This document shows positions 37,161 through 49,016 of a stretch of DNA of 64,000 nucleotides, in pieces (position 1 is the stretch's first letter; each line of letters begins with the position of its first letter). This DNA comes from Narcine bancroftii (taxonomy: Eukaryota): positions 36,332,001-36,396,000 of the forward strand of contig NC_091473.1 of assembly GCF_036971445.1 (NCBI RefSeq), written 5' to 3'. Position numbers and translations under genes: made by a program. The notes below the pieces were generated by a model. The model made no database searches, had not been told where the DNA came from, and saw nothing but the letters and a program-made list of their open reading frames with translations.

Positions 37161-38278
37161 CAGGGGTGTCAAACTCAAATTCACGGAGGGCCAAAATTAA
37201 AAACTTGGACTAAGTCGAGGGCCGAACTAAATATTTATTGAAAATTTTCCACAACATCTGCATGTTTTCTCTTCTATCAACATATGTAATGTTAAACTTT
37301 TTCTTATTAAAATAAATGTTTAATAATAGTTTTGGATAAACTCTTTCATTGTCATTGTCATTGGCCCATTTCCTTTAGCGTCTGAAACCGTGCACATGAC
37401 GAGTCAATGAGGGATGATTAAAGCAATGGTCTTCAAACTTTTTCTTTCCACCTACAGACCACCTTAAGCAATCCCTTACTAATCACAGAGCACCAATGGC
37501 ACAGGGACGCGAGTGGATAGAAAAAGGTTGAGAACTGTTGTATTGTGGTAACTCCACATCTGATTAGGTTAATTGTTAGGCAAGTGGTCAGAGAAGGACC
37601 CCCCCCCCCCCACCCCAAGAAAGGCTTAAATCACAGGAACAAAATAAGCTTCCGTCTCACTGCTCCCAATCTTACACACAGTCCTGATGTGGAATGTGTG
37701 GTCGCAACTCCACGTTCATCCGAGTTCAGGTGCTGTCTGTGTGGAGTTTGTACGCTCTCCCCTTGTTTTGGACCAACAGGTCGGTCGCCTGACGAAGGCA
37801 CCCGAACCCCCCGTTGAAACGCCGGCGTCCGGGGCGGTGGAGGAATTGGCTGAGAAGAGCGCGTTGCTCCCACCCCCCTCCCATGGTTGGAGAGGGATTA
37901 AACTGCGATCTCACGGCTCCGGGCTCGTCTCCAACAAAAGGAGCGGGAGGCAGGGTCCACCGCGCACGGAGCGAGGGGGGAAGGCATCGCCAACGAGACG
38001 TTCGGTCCGGCATCGCTGCTGAAGAGCAGACCCAGCGAGGATGGTCCCCAACTCCAGCCGCGTCTGTGTGTCCGGGAGCCGGGCGGGCTGAGTGCGGCGC
38101 TCTGATCCCTGGGATTCGGGACTCTGAGATCCCTCCACACCTCCGGCGTCTTCATTTTCACCTTCAGTGTGCATGCACTATACTGGCACGGCGGCCAGTG
38201 GGCCAGCTCTAATATATATTTAATATGATCTTGCGGGCCAAATATAATTATATCGCGGGCCAGAGTTTGACATGTGTG
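37161..38278. mobile_element. Non-autonomous hAT (Charlie/Chaplin-type) element with nested MITE and CpG-rich interior
   Basis: Termini CAGGGGTGTCAAACTC and GAGTTTGACATGTGTG; perfect 8-bp TSD GCTTAAAG at 37153-37160 and 38279-38286. Confidence 0.93.
37424..37540. mobile_element. Small hAT MITE nested inside the larger hAT
   Basis: Inverted ends caatggtcttcaaactttttctttccac and gtggatagaaaaaggttgagaactgttg; TSD not retained. Confidence 0.75.
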
Positions 38279-40624
38279 GCTTAAAGAAATCTCTTGGAGC
38301 CTGCCACATTGACCACCGCCAGTGGGCTGATCTCGCCTCCAACCGTGCATCTTGGCACCTCACAGTTCGGCGGGCAGCAAACCTCCTTTGAAGAAGACCA
38401 CAGAGCCCACCTCACTGACAAAAGACAAAGGAGGAAAAACCCAACACCCAACCCCAACCCACCAATTTTCCGCTGCGACCGTGCCTGCCTGTCCCGAATC
38501 GGACTTGTCAGTCACCAGCGAGCCTGCAGCAGACGTGGACATACCCCTCCATAAATCTTCGTCCGTGAAGCCAAGCCAAAGTAGAAGAAACTAATTCAAT
38601 GCTTCCTACACCTTTACAATGAAAAAGTTAGCAGCTTTAATTGTACAACACAGAATGGAATGTGACAGCAATATGTTCATGTGATAATACTGGCACCAGG
38701 AATTTTTGCCTTAAAACTTGTAACTGTATCCACTCAAGGACAATAATAAATATGAAACACTGTGTGGATCATTGCATTGGTTGAGTGGATTGCTGAAACT
38801 GTGATACATGCAACCATCATCACTGGGGAAAATTTAATATGAGTGCAGCTGGATTTAATTTTGACTCCCAGGACCATGTACTTTTATTGACAGAAATGGG
38901 AATCAAGCCCTGTAAAATGTCCATCAATCTGTGTGTTGATAGTACTGGCATGTAGATACTCTAATCTTTGGGGAAAAAAAAACTTTGGTTTCCCTGGAGG
39001 GGCTGGTTTTGTTGCTGTGGGATATAACAGGTTACCTTGCCATTCTTCTTTTTATCATGGACACCAGAACTAATCTGAATAATAATGTACTTTGACCACA
39101 TTGTATTACTGAATACCGAAGAAAGTGCAGATCCCAGTATGGTGAAAAAGTCATGTACTGCACTACAGTAATTGTAAGCATTAGCACTGATTCATAGACT
39201 GCATGGCCTCCTTCAGTCCAGTGCTCACATGTATATCTTCAGTGAACGAGATTTAAAAAAAACTAAAATCAATTATTTCTCACTAAATTTTGTTTGTATC
39301 ATTATCCAATAAACATTTCATAGGAGCCTTGGCAATTAAAAAACATTTCAGATGTGAGGGATTGATAATTGCTGCATTAGCAAATGGTGGAAAGTAAGAT
39401 AATTCCTTATGTTCATCTTGAAATGCTGCAGCTGGCTTCTCACTCCTGACTTTTTCAGCTCAATGCAATAAATGGACTTATTGCAGACTTTCAAGTAGGA
39501 AACAGATGACCCTGTTCATATTTGCATGTTGTACAAAAGCTTTTACAGTTCATTGCATAGACATTTCCGGAAGATCTCAATGACATAATGGCTGGCCAGG
39601 GCATGATTGCATAGTGAGGTGGGTAGTACTCAAAGCATTGCAAAGAGCAATGTATGTGAGCAGTGTCAAGTTGATGGTTAGTTTTATGAAAATAATAGCT
39701 GTGGCTCTGCAGAAAGGTTTGGCAAAAAGTGCGCTCATTCACTCCTATTTCAGTGTGGCCGATCAATTTTGCTAAATGGTTTCTGATGGAAGACTTGAAC
39801 CTCAGACTTTAATCTGCCAAATATTTGAATTTTGTAGCCTTTGGCCTTGTTTATATCTAAGTCGAGGCCTCGGGCAAGTTGAAGAGGCAATTTACCAGAG
39901 GAACACTTGGATGGGAGTCTTCATTTGCAGAATTACTAAAGAGGCTGGGATTGTTTGCCAGATTTAATGGCTGTTTAAAACCATGGGGAAAATTTCAGGA
40001 ACAGTGTTTAGATTTAATATAATTTGCAGATTTTTTTTGTTGTAAGGTGGTGTTATCTTGCACAATTTGAAGTAGATAAACAGCTAAGTCTTAAAGCTAG
40101 TCCTTAAAATGGATGCAAATGTAGGATTGTAAAGAAGTTTGCAGGGTTCAGGGAAATTAAATTGGTTCAGTCTGAGTGAGCACTGAAGTAATGCAAGGCA
40201 CTTTAAATCAATCAAACCCAAGATGAGTCACACAAGGGTGCGTACATGTATGTAGAACGTAAAAACTTTCTGAAGACATTTAAATTTGTGTTACAACATT
40301 TATTGTTTTCTTGAATATGTTGGCTTCCAGTGTGCAAGCTGATCTCTCTGCCAATCAATTCTATGTATTAATCTCTGAAGTGTGAAGAAGCATCTGATTA
40401 TTCAATTAGTGGGAATGAGAACATGTGTTCCCTTTATTTTGCTGTTGGATTTGATATGATATTCTGGATTGTCTCACCTTTTTCTATCAAATGTAAACCT
40501 TTGTAAACAACATTAGACAAGTTTGGCCAGAGTGCCTCTTTCATTGCAACTCTGACCCTATGATTGCCAGGTTAATGCTCAGTGTTGGACTTGATTAGAG
40601 ACTTTTATTAATTTCTGATTCCAT

Positions 40625-41340
40625 ATGGAGGTCAATAGTGAATATCAGACAAGTTTATTGTCATATTGCAGCAGCAGGACAGGTACTATTTTTTAAAACA
40701 AAAACTATAAATACAGAGTAAACTTGATTGAATATCAAAAAAGACAGTAAATACACAAGATAATATTCACAGTAATGCAAATACCAAAAAGGACTCAATA
40801 GTACAGATGGAGCTTCTGTGATATTGGAGCCATCTATTATTTGTGTTAATAACATGAGGTTCAAGAGGCTGATAGCAGTTGGAACAAAACTGTTCTTGAA
40901 CCTAAAGGTGCTGTTTTTATTTAATTTTTATACTTTCTATTTGAAGGTAGCAGTGATAAAAGGTTGTGACCAGGTTGATGGGGTCCTTAATGATGTTGGG
41001 TGCCTTCTTGAGGTAGTGTCTCACATAGTAATGGATGGGAAGTCAGAACCTGTGATCAACCTGGTTTTTAGTTACCATCTACATCCTTTTGCATACCTGG
41101 GGACTTGAATTCCATAAAACAAGTTATGATGCAACCAGTCAGTATGCTTTCCACAGTGCACCTGTTGAAGCTTGATTGTCTATCCCACAACATGCCAAAC
41201 CTCCTCAGACTCTTTAGAAAGTTGATTGGTGTGCATTCTTCACAGTTGCCTTGATGTGCTGGCTGCAGCAAAGTTCTTCTGAAATAGGGGGCTCCAGGAA
41301 CTTGAGGTTCTGACCCCTCTCTCCACATCCATCCCATCAA
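40625..41340 (-). mobile_element. Rex1/Babar-type LINE 3' fragment
   Basis: FLKSLRRFGM..RCTVESILTGCI; antisense tail aagtttattgtcat. Confidence 0.8.
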
Positions 41341-43761
41341 TGCAGATAAATGTTGTCTGTCATGGAGCAAGAACCTGCTCAAGTTATCTCTGCATTTATG
41401 GTCTGGTATGGAAACTCAAGTGCACTGATGCAGAAGGCTGAAGAAAGTGGCAAATATCTATGTGAGGCATTTCTCTCTCAATGGCAACCAAATCAAAAAG
41501 GACCCAAAAGAACTCTCAGACACCTTGCCTGCATCCAAGAAAGTAATCAACATATTTCATCAGCCAATATGGTGGCAGACCCTGCTCAGTAAAATCATTG
41601 CCCTCCTGTTTCCAATCCTCTGTTACATGAAACCTGAATGCAATTGAAATGTAACAGCATTTTATTTTGATTGTCCACATCTTCATTTGCTCCTATTCCT
41701 GCATGAAGGAGCATTTGTTGCAAGTTTCACAATGTAGGATGTAGCCAGAGAGAATAATAAGATGTAATTCCTTGATGACTTCAGCTATTTCTCGTTTATT
41801 TACTTAAAAACAAGATGTAATTTCAATTTCAGTGAAATTATGGTTGAAAAAAATGGTGGGAAGTAGTTGCTATTGGTTGTTCCTGATTTTCTTTTTTGTA
41901 ATAAGATGCCACTGGACTGTTCACTGTGTCATCGACAGTAACTCTGAGGTTTCTGCACAAATGCTCAAGTCTCAAAATGGTGGTCAACTATTTGCCATGA
42001 TTTTTACATTTTCAATCTGATTCCTTTGAACCTGTTCATAAATTACAAAGGTATGGCTATTCCGCAGCAGAACTGAGAAATTTATGCCTTGAAGTGGGAC
42101 TAAGGCAAAAATAGTTGAAACAGATTATTTAACAATTACATTTAAGCACAAAAGATTGTTTTTTTTTAAATATATAAATTTATTCATTAAAAGAACTTTA
42201 ATTCATTTGAAGTTTTGTACACTTTTTAACCAGTTTTCAAAAGTCCTCAGAGTTGGAGAGGTTGGCTTGAGAATGCAGAGCTGTCCTTGATCTTAGCACC
42301 AGGCCTTCAGTTATCAGGAGAAAATTCCACAGTGTTCTTCCTCCCACCCCCCACCCCCCCACCCCCTGGCATAGAGCCAGGATTTTCCTGTTGGAGAGGC
42401 ACACTAAAGAGCCACTTGACTCTGTTTCCCATAGAAAAGCTTCATGAACATATAAAATCTTATTCCCTGGCTGTCACAAATTTCAAAGAGAATGAAATTT
42501 ATGAAGAATTCCAATGCTACTAAACATTCAAACACTGGGGGAAAAAAATACTGTGCACATTTTTGAAGAATTTACTTTTTTTGAACAGGCATTTAAAATA
42601 TATAAAAATACTGGAAAATGCTAATGCATTCAAGTAAATTGAATTAATTCAAAAAATTCTCATGATTAATGATCAATTAATCAATTGCTCCACCATAGCC
42701 AGATCTATCAACCACAATGAGTAGTGTATAGAGCCAAGTTATACAATAGGACATTTTTGCTTCACTATTGGCCTAGCATCAGAGTTCAAAGGAATAACAG
42801 TTGTCAGGAAATCTTACAAAGCCTTCAGGCTCCTTTTCCGCATAGAATTACATTGGATTCCCCAAAAACACTGATGAGTGAGGCAAGCTGTGGCATTTTA
42901 CAAGAACAAACATTTGCCTTCAGAAGGGTTCAACGGCTTGGATGCATGCCCAAACTGCAGGTGTAGCGATGGCCTCAATCTTGAGGACTGGGTAACTTTG
43001 GTTGAATTTATCTGTTGCCTCTGTTCTTGGTGTTCCCATGCTGACTGTAAATATGTTCGATGACATATTCAACCTTGTTTGTTGTTAGCTTTTGAAAGAT
43101 CAGGACAAAGTCCTTTTATTTTTCTGCTCAAAATAGTTTTTTTTGCAAGAAATATTGTGTTAAAGGGAAGCGTATCGACCTTTTCAGAAAGAAGGGTTTT
43201 GTCTGCAGTATGAAGGTTATGCACCAGATGTTTCCCATTTTCAACAAATATATTTGGACTTTGTAGTTCAACTTGTTTGATGGGAACTGCTTCAGGATAT
43301 GACACGGAATCAAGTAACACCTTTTTTCCTTCCCCCCCCCCCCCCACTTTTCTTTTGACTATCCACGTTGGTATTTTGTTACTTCTGAGTGACTTCTTGA
43401 ACTGAACCTTGCTCTTCCTTGGAAGTCCTCAAGAGGCTGACACCAATGATATCTCAACGGGGTCTGGATACTAACAATTTCTGGTTGCATAATGTCTTCA
43501 ACATACAAATATATCCAGAGCACTTCATGCAAGTGGAATGATGAGCAGATCAAGAACATGGCAATTTGCTAGTAAATTGTTGTCTATCGCGAGAACTGTG
43601 GTTTTCAATTGTTGTCCCTGAAATTCCAATTCCCTCTATTTAACAGCTATGACAATCAGTGGCTTTTGAAATCTTTTTTGTTGAAAAATAATGATGAAAG
43701 AAATGAAACTAGGTAGAAAATTTAATAGAACAGATTGGAAAGCGAAAGAAGAAATCATGGA

Positions 43762-43900
43762 GTGAAATATGAAAGTCTGCAGATGCTGTGACAGTAAAAA
43801 AAAACCACAGAAATGCTGAAGGAACTCAGCAGGTCACAGTGTTGATAGGAGGTAAAGATGAGTAACCGGCATTTTCGGCCTGAGCCATTCTTCAAGGAGA
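43762..43900 (-). mobile_element. Penelope-terminus-derived repeat with hammerhead-like core
   Basis: Minus strand TTGAAGA-ATGGCTCAGGCC-GAAA-ATGCCGG..tgacctgctgagttccttcagcatt..tctgcagactttc. Confidence 0.75.
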
Positions 43901-44500
43901 AAGCATAGGGCTTTTTTTAATCAATGCCAATCAAATGTCTCTGTATTTTGTTTGTGCTCAATATTTAGTTTTCATAATTGCCAATTACTCACAAGGCAAC
44001 CATTGATAGTTTCAGCCTGTCTTGGATATAGTGTGATATCATTGTTATAGCAGTTACAATGTAGACGATTTTAATTTGTCATTCGGCAGCATCAGGTTAG
44101 GAATGACAAGTAGCATGGCAGATTCTTTTTTTTCCTGTATGAAGGCAAGCTTATGGTTCTTTGGAATGCAAGAGAATTTAGTGTCTTTAGAATGGACCAG
44201 AGTGGCCAAATATAAGTCTGCATAGTATATTTAGGTAGGCAATGCAGAGCTTTTCTATTTTATATGGGATAATAATTGCTTTTTAAATCTTTTTACTTGG
44301 ATATCAAAAATAAGTATTAAAAAAAAAAGATCAAGGGTAGATGGAGATGGGCATAGTGAGCTCAAAGAACTGTTTCTGTGCTGTACAGCAAAAATCTGGG
44401 AATAAAATAAATTATTTCTAATTTGTTTGGATGTTTGCAGGCCATGTCCAAAGCACCACAAATTTGTTAACAATCTGCATTATCTCATTCATTCTATGTT

Positions 44501-44671
44501 CTCTTTTCTTTGGCTTGGCTTCGCGGACGAAGATTTATGGAGGGGGTAAAAAGTCCACGTCAGCTGCAGGCTCGTCTGTGGCTGACAAGTCCAATGCGGG
44601 ACAGGCAGACACGGTTGCAGCGGCTGCAGGGGAAAATTGGTTGGTTGGGGTTGGGTGTTGGGTTTTTCCTC
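44501..44671 (-). mobile_element. RTE 3' end, 5'-truncated, 11-bp TSD
   Basis: TSD CATTCTATGTT at 44490-44500 and 44672-44682. Confidence 0.92.
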
Positions 44672-44978
44672 CATTCTATGTTGGATCATGGGTATTTACA
44701 GTCTTTTTTTTCCTAAACCTTAATCCCCAATCAGTCATTTAAATGGAAATCATACTTGTATTGATGTGCATTTGTTTTGTTAGCAGTTTGGAACCAGACA
44801 TTTATTTGTTTCTCACCAAGAGTTTTGTTGTTTGAAATTTATATACTGGGAGCATTCCATTTTAGATGTTGAGAGTTCCTATGCTACTGAAGAAAAACCA
44901 AGCCAAAGAAAGAAAGAAAAGCAGTATCAGTCTTTCAAAATTAAACTTCTTAAGTAGGCAGACATTGGTTGATTATCT

Positions 44979-45563
44979 TTCTTTGGCTTGGCTTCGCGGA
45001 CGAAGATTTATGGAGGGGGTAAAAAGTCCACGTCAGCTGCAGGCTCGTTTGTGGCTGACAAGTCCGATGCGGGACAGGCAGACACGATTGCAGCGGTTGC
45101 AAGGGAAAATTGGTTGGTTGGGGTTGGGTGTTGGGTTTTTCCTCCTTTGCCTTTTGTCAGTGAGGTGGGCTCTGCGGTCTTCTTCAAAGGAGGTTGCTGC
45201 CCGCCAAACTGTGAGGCGCCAAGATGCACGGTTTGAGGCGTTATCAGCCCACTGGCGGTGGTCAATGTGGCAGGCACCAAGAGATTTCTTTAGGCAGTCC
45301 TTGTACCTTTTCTTTGGTGCACCTCTGTCACGGTGGCCAGTGGAGAGCTCGCCATATAATACGATCTTGGGAAGGCGATGGTCCTCCATTCTGGAGACGT
45401 GACCCATCCAGCGCAGCTGGATCTTCAGCAGCGTGGACTCGATGCTGTCGACCTTTGCCATCTCGAGTACTTCGACGTTAGGGGTGTAAGCGCTCCAATG
45501 GATGTTGAGGATGGAGCGGAGACAACGCTGGTGGAAGCGTTCTAGGAGCCGTAGGTGGTGCCG
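44979..45563 (-). mobile_element. Young RTE 3' fragment, 8-bp TSD
   Basis: TSD GATTATCT at 44971-44978 and 45564-45571; open frame QLRWMGHVSRM..GAPKKRYKD..CNRCNRVCLSRIGLVSHKRAC. Confidence 0.95.
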
Positions 45564-48500
45564 GATTATCTAAAGGCATGGTAACCACGTGCACAGCTCA
45601 TGTAACACTGTTTACATGATGAAAGAAGAAATCCTGCAGTTGCTTGTTAACAGACCATCGCATGCCTGACTTTATTCTGCTGTGCACATTCATCCTGAGT
45701 GAAATTACTTCCTCATTCAGATATCAAATCCTCCAGTCATTCGGCAAGGAGGTTCCTTTTTAGCTCATTATTTTAGAAGCAATTATAACAGAATTTACTT
45801 CAAAATGTTCATCAAAAATAAAAGGATTGGTGCAAATTTAGGCTGCGATTGTTGTTTGGCAATGAGCCATGTCATAGATTTCTATCTCTCTCATTTGACC
45901 CATGCACTTGCATATGTTTCTGCTGTACATTGAAGATAATGCTGATCATTTGAAGGACAACTTTTTTTTTTACCCTTGGATTTTTCAGTCAGTGAAGGAA
46001 TAAAGTTTGTTGATGAGGCTCACAGCTATTGGCAGATTTATTCAGCAAGTTTTGGATTATAACCTTTATCAGCACTGAGAAATTTGCTGCTCGTGTAAGC
46101 AGCAACAGTGCATCTCTTTGACCAATCAGATTAAAGCACCTACATGGAGATGTGCAGATTCCAAATCAGAAAGTACAAATTAAAATTCAAATTATAGCAT
46201 TTAGATGAAGAAACTTGAAAGGAGGAAGGAACATGTAAGACCATGGTATATAAAAGAAAAGGAAATGGAAACAAATTTCTAAATGATGACTGATTTAAAA
46301 TATGTAGTTCTCGAACTTTTTTAACTGCTAGAATCCATTTTCAGTGCCAGGGAGGTTGGTTGAAAGAGTGACTGTGTCATGGGGATTTTTAAAAATTCAT
46401 TTGAATAGATGAGCCCAGCAGTTTGTTGTGTTTGGCACAGGATATTTTTCTGCATGTAGGATGCCAAATTCTAAATTTCAACATTTGTTGTAATGGAGCA
46501 AGTTGAAGTTGGTGTCACACTTGTTCTGTATTATTGCAAGCATCTCACTGGTCTGCCTGTAATTGATTTCAAACAGTAGCATCAATATGAATGTCCAGAT
46601 AAATACCAAAAGGGTAGTGTTTTCTGTTTATAAAGATAGGAGAAAACCCATCATAAAACAAAACTAAAAATGATGATCAAGAAAACTTCCAGGTATCAGA
46701 GTTGCACATTGGCCATTTTAATTAGAGTGGAAGAAACAATTTGGAAATACTTATGGAATTTTGCCGTGCAACCATTTTGCTTTTCATTTGGTTCCAATAT
46801 ACTATCAATAAATATTCTTCTTTTGTGTGTGTATTTCCAACCAATGACTTGAGAATGTAGTTTCATCAGGTTGTACTTGTGCAATCAGATGGCAATAAAC
46901 TTGACTTATAATGTCTATTTCGGTTTTAGTGTGTATTTAAATCAAGAGTGTGTGAACTGAAAGTTGTAATTAACTTGTTCTGTAAAAGGAAAGGAACTTT
47001 GCACATTTCCATCATCAGTTTTTCAGCAATCAAGAGATCGATTAACATGTAATTCATCAATGAAAATACTATGAAAGCAAAGAGGTTAGGATCTTTATGT
47101 TAGTGCAATTGAAGAACATGGTTTTCATTTACTGTTCTCTCCAATTCAATTCATTCTTATAATATCCACCTTTATTTTGTCATCTGTAGTCACTTCTTTC
47201 CATTGAGAAATCCCAGAAATACTCTGGTATGTGGCATTGGATTATGGGTAATTTCATCATAAAACAATTATACAGCTCGCCTTGGCGTTGAGTCAAACCG
47301 TAAAAGTCTTTGGTTCACTGATTCCATGTCTCAACCTGGTATTTTCATCATTTAATTTGTTTCCACTCCTGATGTGTTCAACCTTGATTGTGTCATATAC
47401 TTTTGCTATTTGTGTGCTTCATTAAACATTTGATGTCGATAGAACTGTGCAGTAAAACATGGCAATGTTCAAAGGTTTTTGATAGTCATTTACTGAGCTG
47501 TTTTTTCAATAATTATTCCAAAGAAATTTGTTTGAAAATAAATGTGATTTGATGGCTGTTCCATTAACAATGATGATTTCAGTGATGCCGGGGAATTAAA
47601 CCACATGAGCATAAACCTCTCAATATAACTAGTCTTTTTTTTAAATATAATGACAAGAGCCTCAAACCACAGGAACTGAATCCCCAGTGAGAACAGCCAT
47701 TTTGCCAATTACTTAAAGCTTGGGGTTGAATTGGTTAAATCTATTCTAGTCATTTGTTATTATTGCCAGTGAGCAAATGAAATTGCATTTTAGGTGTGTT
47801 CAGTGCAGATCTCAAATTAGGGTTGACCTTCCCGTAAAATCCGAGGATTATTTCTCATACTTCATCTCATCCATTGTATGCAGTGCAGAGGTTGTTTCAT
47901 AGTCTTTGGAGAGTGATATATCAATCACATAGAAAGTCAGTGGTGCTGATTATGGAGCCCATTCGATGATGGTTTTGAGTATATGTAATTGTGTGTCTGG
48001 AGAACCACTGTGCATTCTCAGTTGCAGAAGAACAAATGACTGAGCGAATATGGTTTATGGAATTTTTTTTTGATTGTCATGGCACCAGAAATACCTGAAT
48101 TACACACTGTTCCATGTCATCTCTCAGAACTGAAGTCATCCGCTGTAAACTGTTTGAAAGTCTTATAAAGAATACAGAACACACACAGTAAGATATACAT
48201 CAGGGTGTTATGTGCATTGTTGTTGGACACAAATTTGAATTCATTTTAGTTTTGTTTTATGATAGGTATTCTCCCAATTTAATTAATAGCAAGTGTGCTA
48301 TCACATGTTTTTTATTTGTGGAATGTGTTTATAATTCTCATGGCCAATTTTTCATGTTCACCATCAAACTAATCTTATAATGGTCAATGTCATGAAGGGG
48401 TACTGTCAGATGAGAGTCCAAAATCCGTGTCAATGATAGAAGAGAAATGCATTTCTGAGATGGCATTGAGTATGACTTGGAGTGAAAGTTGCAAGTCATG

Positions 48501-48574
48501 CTGTTTCGATTTGCTTTATGTTGTGATTGTAGGTTTGTGGGTGGAAATGTTGTCAAAAAACATGCCATATGACA

Positions 48575-48965
48575 ATTACAGTACGGAAACAGGCCATCTC
48601 CGCCCCCCTAGTCTGTACAGATTTAAATGATCTCCTGTACTCCGCCCATACCCCTCCAATCCCCTCACATCCATGCACCTATCCAACTTTTCCTTATATG
48701 ACAAAATTGAATTTGCTTCAACCACCTCTTCCGGAGGGTCATTCCACTCAGCTACCACTCTCTGAAGAAGTTCCCTGACATGTTACTTCTAAACTTGTGT
48801 CCCCCAACCCTTGACTCATGACCTCTCGTTTCAACCTCACCTACCCTCAAGGGAAAGAGCCTCTTCACATCAACTCTATCTATCTCCCTCATAATTTTAA
48901 ATATCTCTATCAAATCCACTCCCCCCCCCCCAACCTTCTGCACTCCAATCAATAAAGACCCAGTC
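48575..48965 (-). mobile_element. CR1 3' fragment
   Basis: DLIEIFKIMREIDRVD..LFPL..TRGH; antisense tail acagtacggaaacaggcc. Confidence 0.85.
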
Positions 48966-49016
48966 TACATTTAGTATTGACAATGACTCCTGAACAGAAA
49001 TGTTGTTTTTGAACTA

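Larger units (their letters stand above)
37085..38590 (+). mobile_element. RTE 3' fragment (37085-37160 plus 38287-38590) split by a hAT insertion
   Basis: GELSTGQRDRGAPKKRYKDCLK|KSLGACHIDH; tail cttcgtccgtgaagccaagccaaagtagaag. Confidence 0.92.

Noticed and set aside
37545-38350. Overlapping 80-150 aa ORFs on both strands
   Set aside because: Expected in GC-rich, stop-poor DNA; no recognisable domain
42240-42425. Possible DeuSINE-like remnant
   Set aside because: Similarity too weak to support by eye
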